Assembly (NCBI GenBank): GCA_963764165.1
Contig: CAVXRD010000002.1
Span: 2,880,001-2,944,000, forward strand
Direction of reading: 5' to 3'
Origin: an uncultured Verrucomicrobiae bacterium
GTDB lineage: Bacteria > Verrucomicrobiota > Verrucomicrobiia > Limisphaerales > Palsa-1400
Length of the DNA stretch: 64,000 nucleotides
Positions within the stretch are counted from its first letter, which is position 1; each line of letters starts with the position of its first letter. The notes beneath the pieces were generated by a model, which did not search any database, was not told the DNA's origin, and saw only the letters and a list, made by a program, of their open reading frames with translations. Position numbers and translations under genes: made by a program. Below, piece by piece: positions 9,535 to 19,081 of the stretch.

Positions 9535-9753
9535 ATGGAAGAAATGAAACCCAGGCCGGAAGCAAGACTCATGGGTGGCCCACTGGATGGGATGACTTGG
9601 TGTTTGCGCGCAGAATCAGCTCAAAAACTCCAAATTGCATTTATGGAGATGCAGAAAGATGGTTCCATGAGTGAAACATCACGCGTAACGTACGCTCAAA
9701 GGCCGCAGAATCCACTGGAGTACGAATTCAGTGCTTATGACATTTTGGATTGA
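9535..9753 (+). CDS. small hypothetical protein (GGPLDG motif)
   Basis: 72 aa ORF with LMGGPLDG...Y pattern seen in small accessory/phage-type proteins; AT-richer than neighbours. Confidence 0.5.
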   Translation: MEEMKPRPEARLMGGPLDGMTWCLRAESAQKLQIAFMEMQKDGSMSETSRVTYAQRPQNPLEYEFSAYDILD

Positions 9754-9827
9754 AATTAGGACACTACGTTTTCAGTTGTCCCCAGTTCTGGTGACTTTGA
9801 AAAATGCGCGGCTGGACTATCTTCAAC

Positions 9828-9948
9828 CCAGCGAACGGCGCCGTGGGTCGGAAGGGTGTGTCCCGAGTCACGATGGCCGCCAAAATACAATTTCCGTTGT
9901 TTGTTCTCATAAACGGGGGTCGAGCGAAAGTTCGGCCCTCGTTTTTTT
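9828..9948 (+). ncRNA. candidate small RNA (hairpin plus intrinsic terminator)
   Basis: Possible -10 TATCTT at 9818; bulged hairpin 9837-9881; strong terminator 9911-9948; no credible ORF. Confidence 0.3.
9911..9948 (+). terminator. rho-independent terminator
   Basis: aaacgggggtcgagc-gaaa-gttcggccctcg followed by T7. Confidence 0.8.
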
Positions 9949-10172
9949 ATGTCCTCGATTTTTTTCAAGGAGTGAGGAGCTTTCTTTGTGTTGCTCTGCG
10001 CACTCATCTTCTCTGCGCGAGAGTTTTTTTCCCAAGCTGCGGGATCTCATTGGGTTTCCATCGTGGCATTAAACGCAGTCTCGCGCAGAGCCGCAGAGAA
10101 CGCGGAGTTCCTTCGCCGAGCCTATAATAAATCTGACACCGCTATTCCACCGAATCGCCAGGAAACCCTTTC

Positions 10173-11417
10173 TTATCCCGCCAGCCGCCACAGCATTTCG
10201 GTGAGCACCGCGACCCCCTTTTGGATCTGCTCTGGGGTCGAATACTCGTCCGGGCGATGACTCACGCCGCCGCGGCAAGGGATGAACAACATGGTCACCG
10301 GGCAAATTTGCGCCATGAACAGCGTGTCGTGATAGGCGCGGCTGATCAGCTTCCGCCCCTTCAATTTCAATGCGCCGCAAACTTCCGCGCCGAGAGCCAC
10401 CAACGCCGGATCGCAAATGGCGGGTGAATCGACGTTGACGCGCTCCAATTCCAACGCGATGCCTCGGGCTTCGCATATGGCCGCGGCTCCGGTTACGATT
10501 TCGCGGAGCGCGGCGTCGCGAGTGGTGAGGTTTGTATCGCGCAAGTCGATTTCCAGGTAGGCGCGGCATGGGACGCTGTTGACCGCGCTAGGTTCGATCT
10601 TGAAAACGCCCGTCGTGCCAACCGTGTCCGGGCTGCCGCTGGATTTGGCTGCCTTCTCGACGGCGAGCGCAATCTCCGCGCCAGCCAGAAGCGCATCGTG
10701 GCGTTCCGGCATCAGAACCGCGCCCGCGTGGCCGCCGACACCCGTCAGGCGCATCCGCAAAGATGACGGCGCGGCGATTTTTTCCACGATGCCAATGTCC
10801 AACCCGTCGTTCTCCAAAACTGGACCTTGTTCAATGTGCAATTCCACAAAGGCCGCGTAAGAATCCTTCCCCAAACGCACGGAATCGAGTCCGCCCGTCA
10901 TTCCCGCGCGGCTGCGCCAGAACTCCAAATCGCGACCTTCGCTGTCACGCAAGGTTGCGATTCTTTCCGGCGCGAGCGTCCCTGCAAGCACGCGGCTTCC
11001 CAGACAACCAAGCCCGAACCGAGTCGGCTCTTCAGCGGTGAAAACGATCAACTCAATGGAGCGCTGCGGTTTGAATCCCGACGTTTGCAGGGCGCGGATC
11101 GCCTCCAGCGCGCCGAGCACTCCGACGACGCCATCGTATTTTCCGGCATTCGGAATTGCGTCGATATGGGAACCGGTGGCGACGGGCGGCAATTCGGGCC
11201 GCGCGCCTTCCCACCGTGCGAAAATATTGCCGATCGCGTCTTCGCGCACATTAAGTCCGGCTTGCAGAAAGCTGGATTTGACAACGGTGCGGGCCTTGAG
11301 GTCTGCCTCCGAGAACAATACCCGGGTCACCACCGGCGCGGGATTTTCGGAAATCTGCGCCAGCGCGTCGATCTCGCATTGGAGCCGGCCAATATTAATT
11401 GAGTCCGCGAAACTCAC
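10173..11417 (-). CDS. M20 Zn/Mn amidohydrolase, plant-type ureidoglycolate amidohydrolase-like
   Basis: GSHIDA, YDGVVG, EEPTRF, ELHIEQG, GHAG, SRAYHD, SHRPDE; GTG start overlaps the allE stop (GTGA). Confidence 0.85.
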   Translation of the reverse strand: MSFADSINIGRLQCEIDALAQISENPAPVVTRVLFSEADLKARTVVKSSFLQAGLNVREDAIGNIFARWEGARPELPPVATGSHIDAIPNAGKYDGVVGVLGALEAIRALQTSGFKPQRSIELIVFTAEEPTRFGLGCLGSRVLAGTLAPERIATLRDSEGRDLEFWRSRAGMTGGLDSVRLGKDSYAAFVELHIEQGPVLENDGLDIGIVEKIAAPSSLRMRLTGVGGHAGAVLMPERHDALLAGAEIALAVEKAAKSSGSPDTVGTTGVFKIEPSAVNSVPCRAYLEIDLRDTNLTTRDAALREIVTGAAAICEARGIALELERVNVDSPAICDPALVALGAEVCGALKLKGRKLISRAYHDTLFMAQICPVTMLFIPCRGGVSHRPDEYSTPEQIQKGVAVLTEMLWRLAG

Positions 11418-12157
11418 GGGGCGCGATTGACGTCTTTGTAATAAATATAACTTGCCGGTTCGCTGCCCATCGCCACAAACCATTGCAGACAATACGGAGC
11501 CATCCAAATCACGTCGCCGGCCTGCACGGGATGCCAGTCCGCGTCGAGCCGGTAGATGCCCTGGCCTGCGAGCATCATCAGGCCGTGCTCCATGATATGC
11601 GTTTCGACGAACGGCAATGTTGCGCCGGGCTGGTAGGTAAAAATGTTGACGGCCATGTCAAACCTAAGATCGTCCGGCAGCAGCGTTTGCAGGAGCGCAT
11701 CCTTGTTTCCGAGGAACGGTTTGCCTTCGACATTGGCGGCGTCTCCGATGACAATCTCGGGCATTTCCACCCCGGCCAGCGACTCGAATGTTTTTTGGAA
11801 AATCAGCAGGCGCGCGCCTTTGCCGCTGGTGAATTGATATTTTGTCTTGGATGGGACATAGGCAAATCCGCCCGCGCCCAGACTGTGCCGCGCGCCGTCA
11901 AGAAAAGCCGCGCATTTGCCTTCGAGAACATAAACCAACAGCTCGCGCGACCCTGTTTCGCCAAGGCCTTCCCCGCCCTTCGCCAGCATGATTTCGTATT
12001 GACACATCCGCGCTCCCATCGCGGGCGAAATTTGCACGATGACGGAGGCATTGTTCCAGCCTGGGAGGCGGCTGGGCACAAAGCCCGAAGGAGTGCGAAG
12101 AGCGTAAAGAGGCTTGACCACGTCCCGCGTATGCCCAAACAGTTGCTTTGCTTTCAT
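11414..12157 (-). CDS. allE: (S)-ureidoglycine aminohydrolase (bicupin)
   Basis: FDMAVNIFTYQPGATLPFVETHIMEHGL...GDVIWMAPYCLQWF...YIYYKDVNR signature. Confidence 0.93.
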   Translation of the reverse strand: MKAKQLFGHTRDVVKPLYALRTPSGFVPSRLPGWNNASVIVQISPAMGARMCQYEIMLAKGGEGLGETGSRELLVYVLEGKCAAFLDGARHSLGAGGFAYVPSKTKYQFTSGKGARLLIFQKTFESLAGVEMPEIVIGDAANVEGKPFLGNKDALLQTLLPDDLRFDMAVNIFTYQPGATLPFVETHIMEHGLMMLAGQGIYRLDADWHPVQAGDVIWMAPYCLQWFVAMGSEPASYIYYKDVNRAP

Positions 12158-12263
12158 AGCCGCCTACATTTGTGACGCGTAAATGTTAAATCGTAAACAG
12201 CAAACTGCGGATGCCCCGGGCGGCGCGTGTGATTGGACGTGGGTGATGGCCGAAGGCCGGAAG

Positions 12264-12453
12264 GCGGAGCGCGCCTGTGTCGAAGACCAGCCGCAGCAAC
12301 ACTCAAACGACCGAAAACGAATGTGCTTGTGGCCATCTCTCCAAAAAATATATCAAAACTTCGTCACTGCGACGGACGAGCCGTGGCTTTCTTTCCAAGG
12401 TGCCCCATGTTTCAAAAAGGCTGCGGCTGGTCTTCGACACAGCCGCGCTCCGC
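12264..12453. repeat. REPIN-like element with 34-bp terminal inverted repeats
   Basis: gcggagcgcgcctgtgtcgaagaccagccgcagc (12264-12297) vs gctgcggctggtcttcgacacagccgcgctccgc (12420-12453), one mismatch. Confidence 0.8.
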
Positions 12454-12481
12454 TCAAAGCAAATCGGTGGCAATCTGACTT

Positions 12482-13276
12482 ATGCCTCACCCCCTTTTAA
12501 TCCCACCCACCGGCGGCAGCGAAACTCCGGCTGCCGACACTCTGGTCGTCAACGAGATTTATATCAGCGTCCAGGGCGAGAGCACGTGGGCCGGGCTGCC
12601 GTGTGTCTTCGTGCGGTTGACTGCGTGCAATTTGCGCTGCTCGTATTGCGATACCGCCTACGCCTTCACCGAAGGCCGCGAGATGGCCATGGCCGACATC
12701 CTCGCCCGCGTGGCGGAATTATCCAAGCCGTTCGAGAACATTCCAGGAAAAGGGATGCCTGGCTTCCGATTGCCGCTTGTGGAGCTGACTGGAGGAGAGC
12801 CTCTCTGGCAGAAGAATTCTTTGGAACTCATGCGCCTGCTCTGCGACGCCGGGTTCCAGGTGCTGGTGGAAACCAGCGGCGCGCTGGACATCGCGCCCGT
12901 TGATTCGCGAGTCTCGCGCATCATGGATCTCAAATGCCCGAGCAGCGGCGAGGTCAGGCGGAATCGCTGGGAGAATCTTCAGAATTTGACTCATACGGAC
13001 GAAGTCAAATTTGTCATTGGAACGTGGCAGGATTACCAATGGGCCAAGGAAATCGTCTTGACGAGAAACCTGGCCGGCATTTGCCCAATACTTTTCTCAT
13101 GGGTCGCGCCGCTCTTGGAGCATCAGCGGGACAAATCCCTGCGGGCCGTGCCGGCGGGCCAAACGCCGATCACGCGGCAGGAATTGGTGGAGAAAATCGT
13201 GGCCGACGCGCTGCCCGTCCGCTTTCAATTGCAGATGCACAAATTCATCTGGCCGCCGGATCAGAAGGGTGTTTGA
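12482..13276 (+). CDS. queE: 7-carboxy-7-deazaguanine synthase (radical SAM)
   Basis: EIYISVQGE...FVRLTACNLRCSYCDT, TGGEP, ETSG, QLQMHK. Confidence 0.9.
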   Translation: MPHPLLIPPTGGSETPAADTLVVNEIYISVQGESTWAGLPCVFVRLTACNLRCSYCDTAYAFTEGREMAMADILARVAELSKPFENIPGKGMPGFRLPLVELTGGEPLWQKNSLELMRLLCDAGFQVLVETSGALDIAPVDSRVSRIMDLKCPSSGEVRRNRWENLQNLTHTDEVKFVIGTWQDYQWAKEIVLTRNLAGICPILFSWVAPLLEHQRDKSLRAVPAGQTPITRQELVEKIVADALPVRFQLQMHKFIWPPDQKGV

Positions 13277-14559
13277 TGAGGCGCTCAAAAGCCAAATCCA
13301 AGCGTGTGCTTGACCTGCTGCGCGCCTGCGAGTCGCCGAACATGCTCTGGATCGAAGAGGATGGCTCGTGGCCCATCGTGTGGGACAGGGCGCGGGGCAC
13401 GCGGGTTTGGGACGTGGACGGCAGGCAGTATCTCGACTTGACTGCGGCATTTGGCGTGGCGGCGGCGGGACACGCGAACCCGAAGGTGGTCGCGGCGGGA
13501 CAGCGGCAGTTGAAGCTGCTGCCGCACGCGATGGGAGACGTCCACCCGCATGCGCCGAAGGCGGAACTTGCGAGGGAATTGAGCCAATTGACTTTCGAGA
13601 AATGGAGCGGCGGAAAATTCGCGGCGAAAGTCATCTTCGGCAACTCGGGATTTGAGGCGGTCGAGGCCGCGTTGAAAACCGCCATGCTGGCCACCAAGCG
13701 GCGCGGGATCATCGCCTTTCAAGGCGCCTACCACGGACTCGGCTACGGCGCTCTCAATGCAACCCATCGCGGAATGTTTCGCGATCCGTTCCAATCGCAA
13801 TTGGGACGATTCGGAAAATTTGTTCCGTTCCCGAAATGCGCCGATCAATTGCCCGTCCTGCGGGCGCAAATCACCAAACTGCTTTCATCACAAACCGTTG
13901 GCGCGATTGTCGTGGAGCCAATCCAGGCCCGCGGCGGAACGAACGTGCCGCCGGACGATTTTCTTCCGATGCTGCGGGAATTATGCGACGCGCACGGCGC
14001 CTTGCTTGTGCTCGACGAAATCTACACCGGTTTCGGCCGCACCGGCGCGTGGTTTGCCTGCGAATCCAGCGGCGTCATTCCCGATTTGATCTGCCTGGGC
14101 AAGGCGCTGACAGGCGGTTATCCCCTGTCCGTGTGCGCGGGGCGGGCGGATATTATTGACAGCGCCTGGCCCCGCTCGGCGGGCGAAGCGATTCATACGA
14201 GCACGTTCCAGGGAAACCCCGTTGGCTGCGCAATGGCGCTGGCGCAGATCGGCGAACTTCGCTCGAGAAACCTGCCGAAACGCGCGGCGGAGCTTGGAGT
14301 TTATTTGACAGAAAAATTGAAAAGCGAAATTTTGCCGATGGCTGGCGGCGAAGCGCGCGGGCGCGGATTGATGGTCGGCTTGGAAATTCCCGGTGGCGGC
14401 TCCCGCTCGCTGGGCGCAATCAAAGAAATGCTGCAGCGCGGATTCATCATGCTGCCCGAAGGAGCCCGGGGTGAAGTCATCAGTTTCACGCCGCCGCTGA
14501 CAATTTCCCGCGCGGAATTGAATTCGGCAGTGGATGCGTTGAAGGAGGTGCTGTCATGA
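13276..14559 (+). CDS. class III PLP aminotransferase (acetylornithine/GABA-type)
   Basis: SGFEAVEAALK, YHG, VEPIQ, DEIYTGFGRTG, GKALTGG, STFQGNP; ATG overlaps the queE stop. Confidence 0.88.
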   Translation: MRRSKAKSKRVLDLLRACESPNMLWIEEDGSWPIVWDRARGTRVWDVDGRQYLDLTAAFGVAAAGHANPKVVAAGQRQLKLLPHAMGDVHPHAPKAELARELSQLTFEKWSGGKFAAKVIFGNSGFEAVEAALKTAMLATKRRGIIAFQGAYHGLGYGALNATHRGMFRDPFQSQLGRFGKFVPFPKCADQLPVLRAQITKLLSSQTVGAIVVEPIQARGGTNVPPDDFLPMLRELCDAHGALLVLDEIYTGFGRTGAWFACESSGVIPDLICLGKALTGGYPLSVCAGRADIIDSAWPRSAGEAIHTSTFQGNPVGCAMALAQIGELRSRNLPKRAAELGVYLTEKLKSEILPMAGGEARGRGLMVGLEIPGGGSRSLGAIKEMLQRGFIMLPEGARGEVISFTPPLTISRAELNSAVDALKEVLS

Positions 14560-15377
14560 AACTATCCGAAATGAAAAGCGCGCTTGCCGAACACGATTTG
14601 ACGCTGACCAAATCGCTCGGCCAGAATTTTCTGCACGATCAAAATCAAATCCGGCGCATCGTGGACGCGGCCGAAATTGCGCCGTCCGATAAAATCCTGG
14701 AAATCGGACCGGGCCTGGGACCGTTGACAGAACTGTTGGCTGCAAAGGCCGGCGAGGTCCTGGCCATCGAGAAGGACAAGCGTTTATTTGACTTTCTCGA
14801 AAGGAGATTTTCCGGCGCGGCTTCGTTGAAATTGCTGTGCGGGGATGCCCTTGATTATGTGAAGGAAAATCGAAATTGGGCCGGCTGGAAACTGGTGGCC
14901 AATCTGCCCTATTCCGTGGCTTCGCCGATATTGATCGAGCTGGCATGGGCAGACGCGCCGCCGGAAAGCCTGACCGCGACCTTGCAGCTCGAAGTGGTGG
15001 AGCGAATCGCCGCCGGCGCGGGCGATGACCATTACGGATTGATGAGCCTGTTCATGCAATTGCGCTATGAAGTGCGGACATGGTTCAAGATTCCCGCCAC
15101 CTGCTTTTTCCCGGCCCCTGACGTTGATTCCGCGTGCGTTATTTTACAGAAGCGGAAGGTCGCCGTATTGCCGCAGCATTTGCACCGGAATTTCATGCGT
15201 GTTGTGAAGCGCGGTTTTTCACAGCGGCGCAAAATGATGCTGAAGCTGTTGAAGCAGGATTGGATGCCGGATAAATTGCAGGCGGGTTTTGCCGCCGCCG
15301 GGATTTCCCTCCAGGCGCGGGCGGAACAAGCGAGCTTGGAGCAATTTGCGCGTTTGACAGAATTGATTTCAAAATGA
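14556..15377 (+). CDS. rsmA: 16S rRNA m6,2A dimethyltransferase KsgA
   Basis: KSLGQNFL, EIGPGLG, ANLPY, QRRK. Confidence 0.95.
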   Translation: MKLSEMKSALAEHDLTLTKSLGQNFLHDQNQIRRIVDAAEIAPSDKILEIGPGLGPLTELLAAKAGEVLAIEKDKRLFDFLERRFSGAASLKLLCGDALDYVKENRNWAGWKLVANLPYSVASPILIELAWADAPPESLTATLQLEVVERIAAGAGDDHYGLMSLFMQLRYEVRTWFKIPATCFFPAPDVDSACVILQKRKVAVLPQHLHRNFMRVVKRGFSQRRKMMLKLLKQDWMPDKLQAGFAAAGISLQARAEQASLEQFARLTELISK

Positions 15378-15880
15378 GCGAGGAAATATTTGACATAGTC
15401 AACGAACGGGACGAGGTGATCGGACAGATGCCGCGCTCCCAAGTGCATCGCGAAGGCCGTCGGCACAGGGCCATCCATGTGCTGGTTTTCAACAAACGCG
15501 GCGAGGTTTTTCTGCAAAAACGCTCCACGCGCAAGGATCGTTTTCCCGGTGCTTGGGATTCGTCGTCTTCCGGCCATGTGGATCACGGCGAGGATTATGA
15601 CGCATGCGCGATTCGGGAATTAAGGGAGGAAATCGGCTTGGCTGCGGATGGCCCGTTGAAGCGCCTCTTCAAAATTGATGCCTGCGCCGAAACTGACCAG
15701 GAATTTATTTGGGTCTATCGAACGGAATCCGAAGGGCCATTCGAGTTGAACACGGATGAAATTGAACGGGGCGAATGGTTTACACCAGAGCAAACCACGG
15801 CCCTGATTGCGTCACCACCAAGGGAAGTTGCCGATGCGTTCGTCTTGATTTGGAAGAAAGTCTCCGGTTTGACGCCATAA
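15374..15880 (+). CDS. NUDIX hydrolase (IDI/YfcD-like)
   Basis: HRAIHVLVFN, LQKRS, GHVDHGEDYDACAIRELREEIG Nudix box. Confidence 0.88.
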   Translation: MSEEIFDIVNERDEVIGQMPRSQVHREGRRHRAIHVLVFNKRGEVFLQKRSTRKDRFPGAWDSSSSGHVDHGEDYDACAIRELREEIGLAADGPLKRLFKIDACAETDQEFIWVYRTESEGPFELNTDEIERGEWFTPEQTTALIASPPREVADAFVLIWKKVSGLTP

Positions 15881-15889
15881 TCCGTGCTG

Positions 15890-15926
15890 AAAAAGCAAAA
15901 GGCCCGAATTGCTTCGGGCCTTTCTT
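15890..15926. terminator. bidirectional terminator
   Basis: aaaaggcccgaa-ttgc-ttcgggcctttctt between convergent genes. Confidence 0.75.
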
Positions 15927-15950
15927 GAAAACCAAGTGTGAAACCAGAAA

Positions 15951-16676
15951 TCAGGATTTCCGGCGCAGGCGAGCCAGAATCGCGCATCCGCCCATCACGC
16001 CAAGAGCAATCGTGCTCGGCTCAGGCACCGACAAGGTCGCGCCGAAGGTCAGGGCGGGATCGCCCGAACCAGCCGAAACCAAGTCCCACACAGGAGTGTT
16101 CGCCGTTCCGACGTTTTCCCATGCGTCTCCGAAATTTGCGCCGACCGTAGCCGGGGAATAAAGGGCCAACCCTGCGGATTCTGAAGGAGACAGGTTCTGG
16201 AAGACCAGCGTCCAGGTAAAATCAGCCGGAACCAACACGTTGGGCGTGTAGGTCAAGCTCGAACCGTCGGTGAAGGTGGAGAGACCCAAAGAACTCAAAG
16301 TCGAGAAACCGCTGCTCCAGATTAATGAGCTAGGGGTGTTATAGTAGCTATAAACGATAGGGCCGTTGTTCTCGTAGAAATTCAGTTCGACTTGCTCCGA
16401 ACCGGTCGGGGTTCCGGTGCCCGTCAAAGCAAACTGAACGGCAGCCTGGGTGATGTAGTAGGAGAAAGTGGAAGTGTCGCCAGCAGAACCGCCAGCCAGC
16501 ACCACTTCGTTGCCAGCTTCGCCAAAGCCCGCGCCGTTGTTGAAATTGAACGTTGCATTCTGGTAGGTTGTGTCATTGGCATACACAAGCGTTTGGCAAT
16601 GAGCACTTTGGGCGATAAATAGTGCTGTGCCGATACCGGTTGCTTCAAGCAGAATGGTCGCGAGCCTAGTTTTCAT
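15951..16676 (-). CDS. PEP-CTERM sorting domain protein
   Basis: Signal peptide; C-terminus VPEPSTIALGVMGGCAILARLRRKS. Confidence 0.92.
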   Translation of the reverse strand: MKTRLATILLEATGIGTALFIAQSAHCQTLVYANDTTYQNATFNFNNGAGFGEAGNEVVLAGGSAGDTSTFSYYITQAAVQFALTGTGTPTGSEQVELNFYENNGPIVYSYYNTPSSLIWSSGFSTLSSLGLSTFTDGSSLTYTPNVLVPADFTWTLVFQNLSPSESAGLALYSPATVGANFGDAWENVGTANTPVWDLVSAGSGDPALTFGATLSVPEPSTIALGVMGGCAILARLRRKS

Positions 16677-16731
16677 TTAATAATTCGGTTATTTTTACAG
16701 TGGGATGCGTTTTTCCCCCGCTGTTCTTGCC

Positions 16732-16760
16732 ATTAAGACAAAACCTGACCCGTAAGTCAA
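16732..16760 (-). promoter_or_regulatory. sigma70-like promoter for the PEP-CTERM gene
   Basis: TTGACT-N17-CTTAAT on minus strand. Confidence 0.35.
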
Positions 16761-16970
16761 GCGATTTATCAAAAATTCTTCAATATTTCCACTAACTTTA
16801 TCCTCCGGCTGATGGTGCTCTCAACACCGGTGGTCTTCCAGCGAATTTTCATCATTACCGATGGGTTGAAAGATTTATCTAAGTTCATTAGTTGCAGGTT
16901 TTTGCATGAAATCCAAAGCGCGGCGAGAGAGGCGCTCGAAAGACATCTGTGAAGTATAATTTTATACGTA

Positions 16971-18980
16971 TCAACCGCGCCCGGGTGTGGGTTCAGCGAG
17001 TTGCTTTTTCAACTCTTCCTTCCATTCCGAATTCAGTTCTTCGACAGTTTTGCCAGTGTTCTTGCTCCAAATGGCATCAGTGTAGTTTCCATCGCGCATG
17101 GCCGCGTTAAGCTGCGGAACGAGGTCTTTGTCGTACTTCCCGCTTACCCAATTGAGGAAATTGGCGGTGATTCGATAGCTGCCGTTGTAATTGGCTCGGT
17201 CAAGTCCGCGGCGGCGGATTTCCGCGCCTTTGCTCTGTGGCTCGAAATGGTACCAGCGATAATAATCGGCGATCCCTTCCACAAGATAGCCGGGATCCTC
17301 GGTTGGATGCGCGTTGTGGCGATGGGCGGCGCCGTATTGCTGCACGACATGGACGCATTCATGCACGAGCGAGCCGATGGCTTCGCCTTTGAGCTGCTTG
17401 CGGATCCACCCGTTGTAAGCCGTCACGAGTGTGCCTCTGGTATCCGCGACGCCGGGGCCGTTCTTGAAGGTGACCGTGAATTTCTTCGGCGCCTCGTAAC
17501 CTTCGCTGGGGAAATACTCAACAATCTTGGGGTACCATTCAAGCAGCGCGGGCGCGAGCTTGTTGGTGACCCACTCGGTCAAGTCAGGCGCGCGCGAGGT
17601 GTTGAAGTCGATTTCGTATTTTCCGTCAGCCGTGTGGGCAACGTAAACCGCCGGGGCTGCACTGGCGTCGCCGGTGGATGCCCCGTCGGGGGTGACTTCG
17701 TCCGGGCCCAGCACGTTGATCTCGCTGTAAAACGTATTGCCAAAGGCGTCCTCCGTTTCAGAGGGAGAACACGCGAAAAGCAGGTATCGATATTTGCCGA
17801 CCAGCCCGCCGTGATTGCGAATGCTGGCCGCGTATTGCCCGCCCGGTTCGCCGTCCTTCGGACGCGTATCGACTGCCGCAATAAATGTCCAGCCACATTT
17901 GGATGGATCTATGCCGCTCTTGGGAAAAGAATTGAAGCCCGCATCGCCGCCGTCTGAACCGTAAACTTTATATACCTGCGGGGCGCGTGAGCTGCCGTGC
18001 CACGAGTAGCTGTTAATCTGCGCGATGGGCTTGGCCTCGCCCAAATCCAGCCGCAAACGTCCGCCGGGGGCGCCGGCTGCAAAGAAAAAATTCTCGGACG
18101 GCTGATCTTCCTCGGTGGGCATCTGTCCATCGGTCAATTTTTCGATGCCTCCGGCATTGGCGTCGGATTCGCCGTTGATGATGTTAAACTTGCCGGGTGT
18201 TCCTTTCTTGGCTGGAGACGGAACGTGTTTGAATTTGAAGGCTGCGGTGGCGTCTCCAGCCTCGTTATGATCCGTCAGAACGGTGATGCCGCCTTTTTCA
18301 CTGACACCCGCGCCTTCGACGCCGCCGACGGGGAGCACGCTGATCTCGCTGTAAAACGTATTGCCAAAACTGTCGTCCGTTTCGGTGGCCGCAATATCAA
18401 AAAGCAGATACCGGTAGCTGCCAATTGGCCCGGCGGAGTCCGTGATGCTGACGCCATACTGGCCACCGGGTTCGCCATCCTTGGACCGGGTGTCCACTGC
18501 GGAAATGAGCGTCCAGCCGCACTTGACCGGATCGGTTCCCGTTTTAGGCGAAGAGTTGAAATCCGCCGCCGTTCCGGTCGCGCCATAGACCTTGTAAACC
18601 TGCGGGGCGCGCGTGTCCGTATGCCATGAGTAAGTATTGATTTGTCCGATGGGTTTGGCATCGCCAAAATCGAATCGAACCCGCCCGCCGGGCGTGCCGG
18701 CATCGAAGAAGAAATTTTCGGTCGGCTGGTCTTCCTCGCTTGGCAGTTGGCCATCGGTCAATTTCTCAAGTCCGCCACCGTTGCTGTCGGAATCCCCATC
18801 CACGATGCTGACCTTTGCGGTCAGGCCGCTTTTGGCGGCATGCGGGACGTTTTTGAAGTCAAACGCGGGCGTGGCGTCGCCTTTTGCCTTATGTTCGGTG
18901 ACGACTTTGATTTCGGCGCTCGCCGGAGAGGCTAGCGCGACGACGGCAGCGCAGACGACTGCCAATAAACGAGTTTGCAT
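16971..18980 (-). CDS. exported basic-secretory-protein (BSP) family metallopeptidase with two tandem N-terminal jelly-roll-like repeats
   Basis: Start MQTRLLAVVC signal peptide; HECVHVVQQY...EGIADYYR; two ~195-aa repeats. Confidence 0.8.
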   Translation of the reverse strand: MQTRLLAVVCAAVVALASPASAEIKVVTEHKAKGDATPAFDFKNVPHAAKSGLTAKVSIVDGDSDSNGGGLEKLTDGQLPSEEDQPTENFFFDAGTPGGRVRFDFGDAKPIGQINTYSWHTDTRAPQVYKVYGATGTAADFNSSPKTGTDPVKCGWTLISAVDTRSKDGEPGGQYGVSITDSAGPIGSYRYLLFDIAATETDDSFGNTFYSEISVLPVGGVEGAGVSEKGGITVLTDHNEAGDATAAFKFKHVPSPAKKGTPGKFNIINGESDANAGGIEKLTDGQMPTEEDQPSENFFFAAGAPGGRLRLDLGEAKPIAQINSYSWHGSSRAPQVYKVYGSDGGDAGFNSFPKSGIDPSKCGWTFIAAVDTRPKDGEPGGQYAASIRNHGGLVGKYRYLLFACSPSETEDAFGNTFYSEINVLGPDEVTPDGASTGDASAAPAVYVAHTADGKYEIDFNTSRAPDLTEWVTNKLAPALLEWYPKIVEYFPSEGYEAPKKFTVTFKNGPGVADTRGTLVTAYNGWIRKQLKGEAIGSLVHECVHVVQQYGAAHRHNAHPTEDPGYLVEGIADYYRWYHFEPQSKGAEIRRRGLDRANYNGSYRITANFLNWVSGKYDKDLVPQLNAAMRDGNYTDAIWSKNTGKTVEELNSEWKEELKKQLAEPTPGRG

Positions 18981-19029
18981 AGAGTATAAGTATGGAATTT
19001 CAAAATCAGTTATTGCGCTGACACCCTGT

Positions 19030-19058
19030 TTGCGCACAAAATAATAAAATTTTATTAT
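19030..19058 (+). promoter_or_regulatory. sigma70-like promoter for gltBD
   Basis: TTGCGC-N17-TATTAT in an AT-rich intergenic region. Confidence 0.45.
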
Positions 19059-19081
19059 AGAGAAACGATAAGAGCAGTCTG

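Noticed and set aside
9731..10260. Short ORFs between the small protein and the amidohydrolase
   Set aside because: They run through a terminator and repeat elements; no protein-like features
12158..12481. preQ1 or purine riboswitch upstream of queE/allE
   Set aside because: No aptamer consensus recognised; the region is occupied by a REPIN-like element
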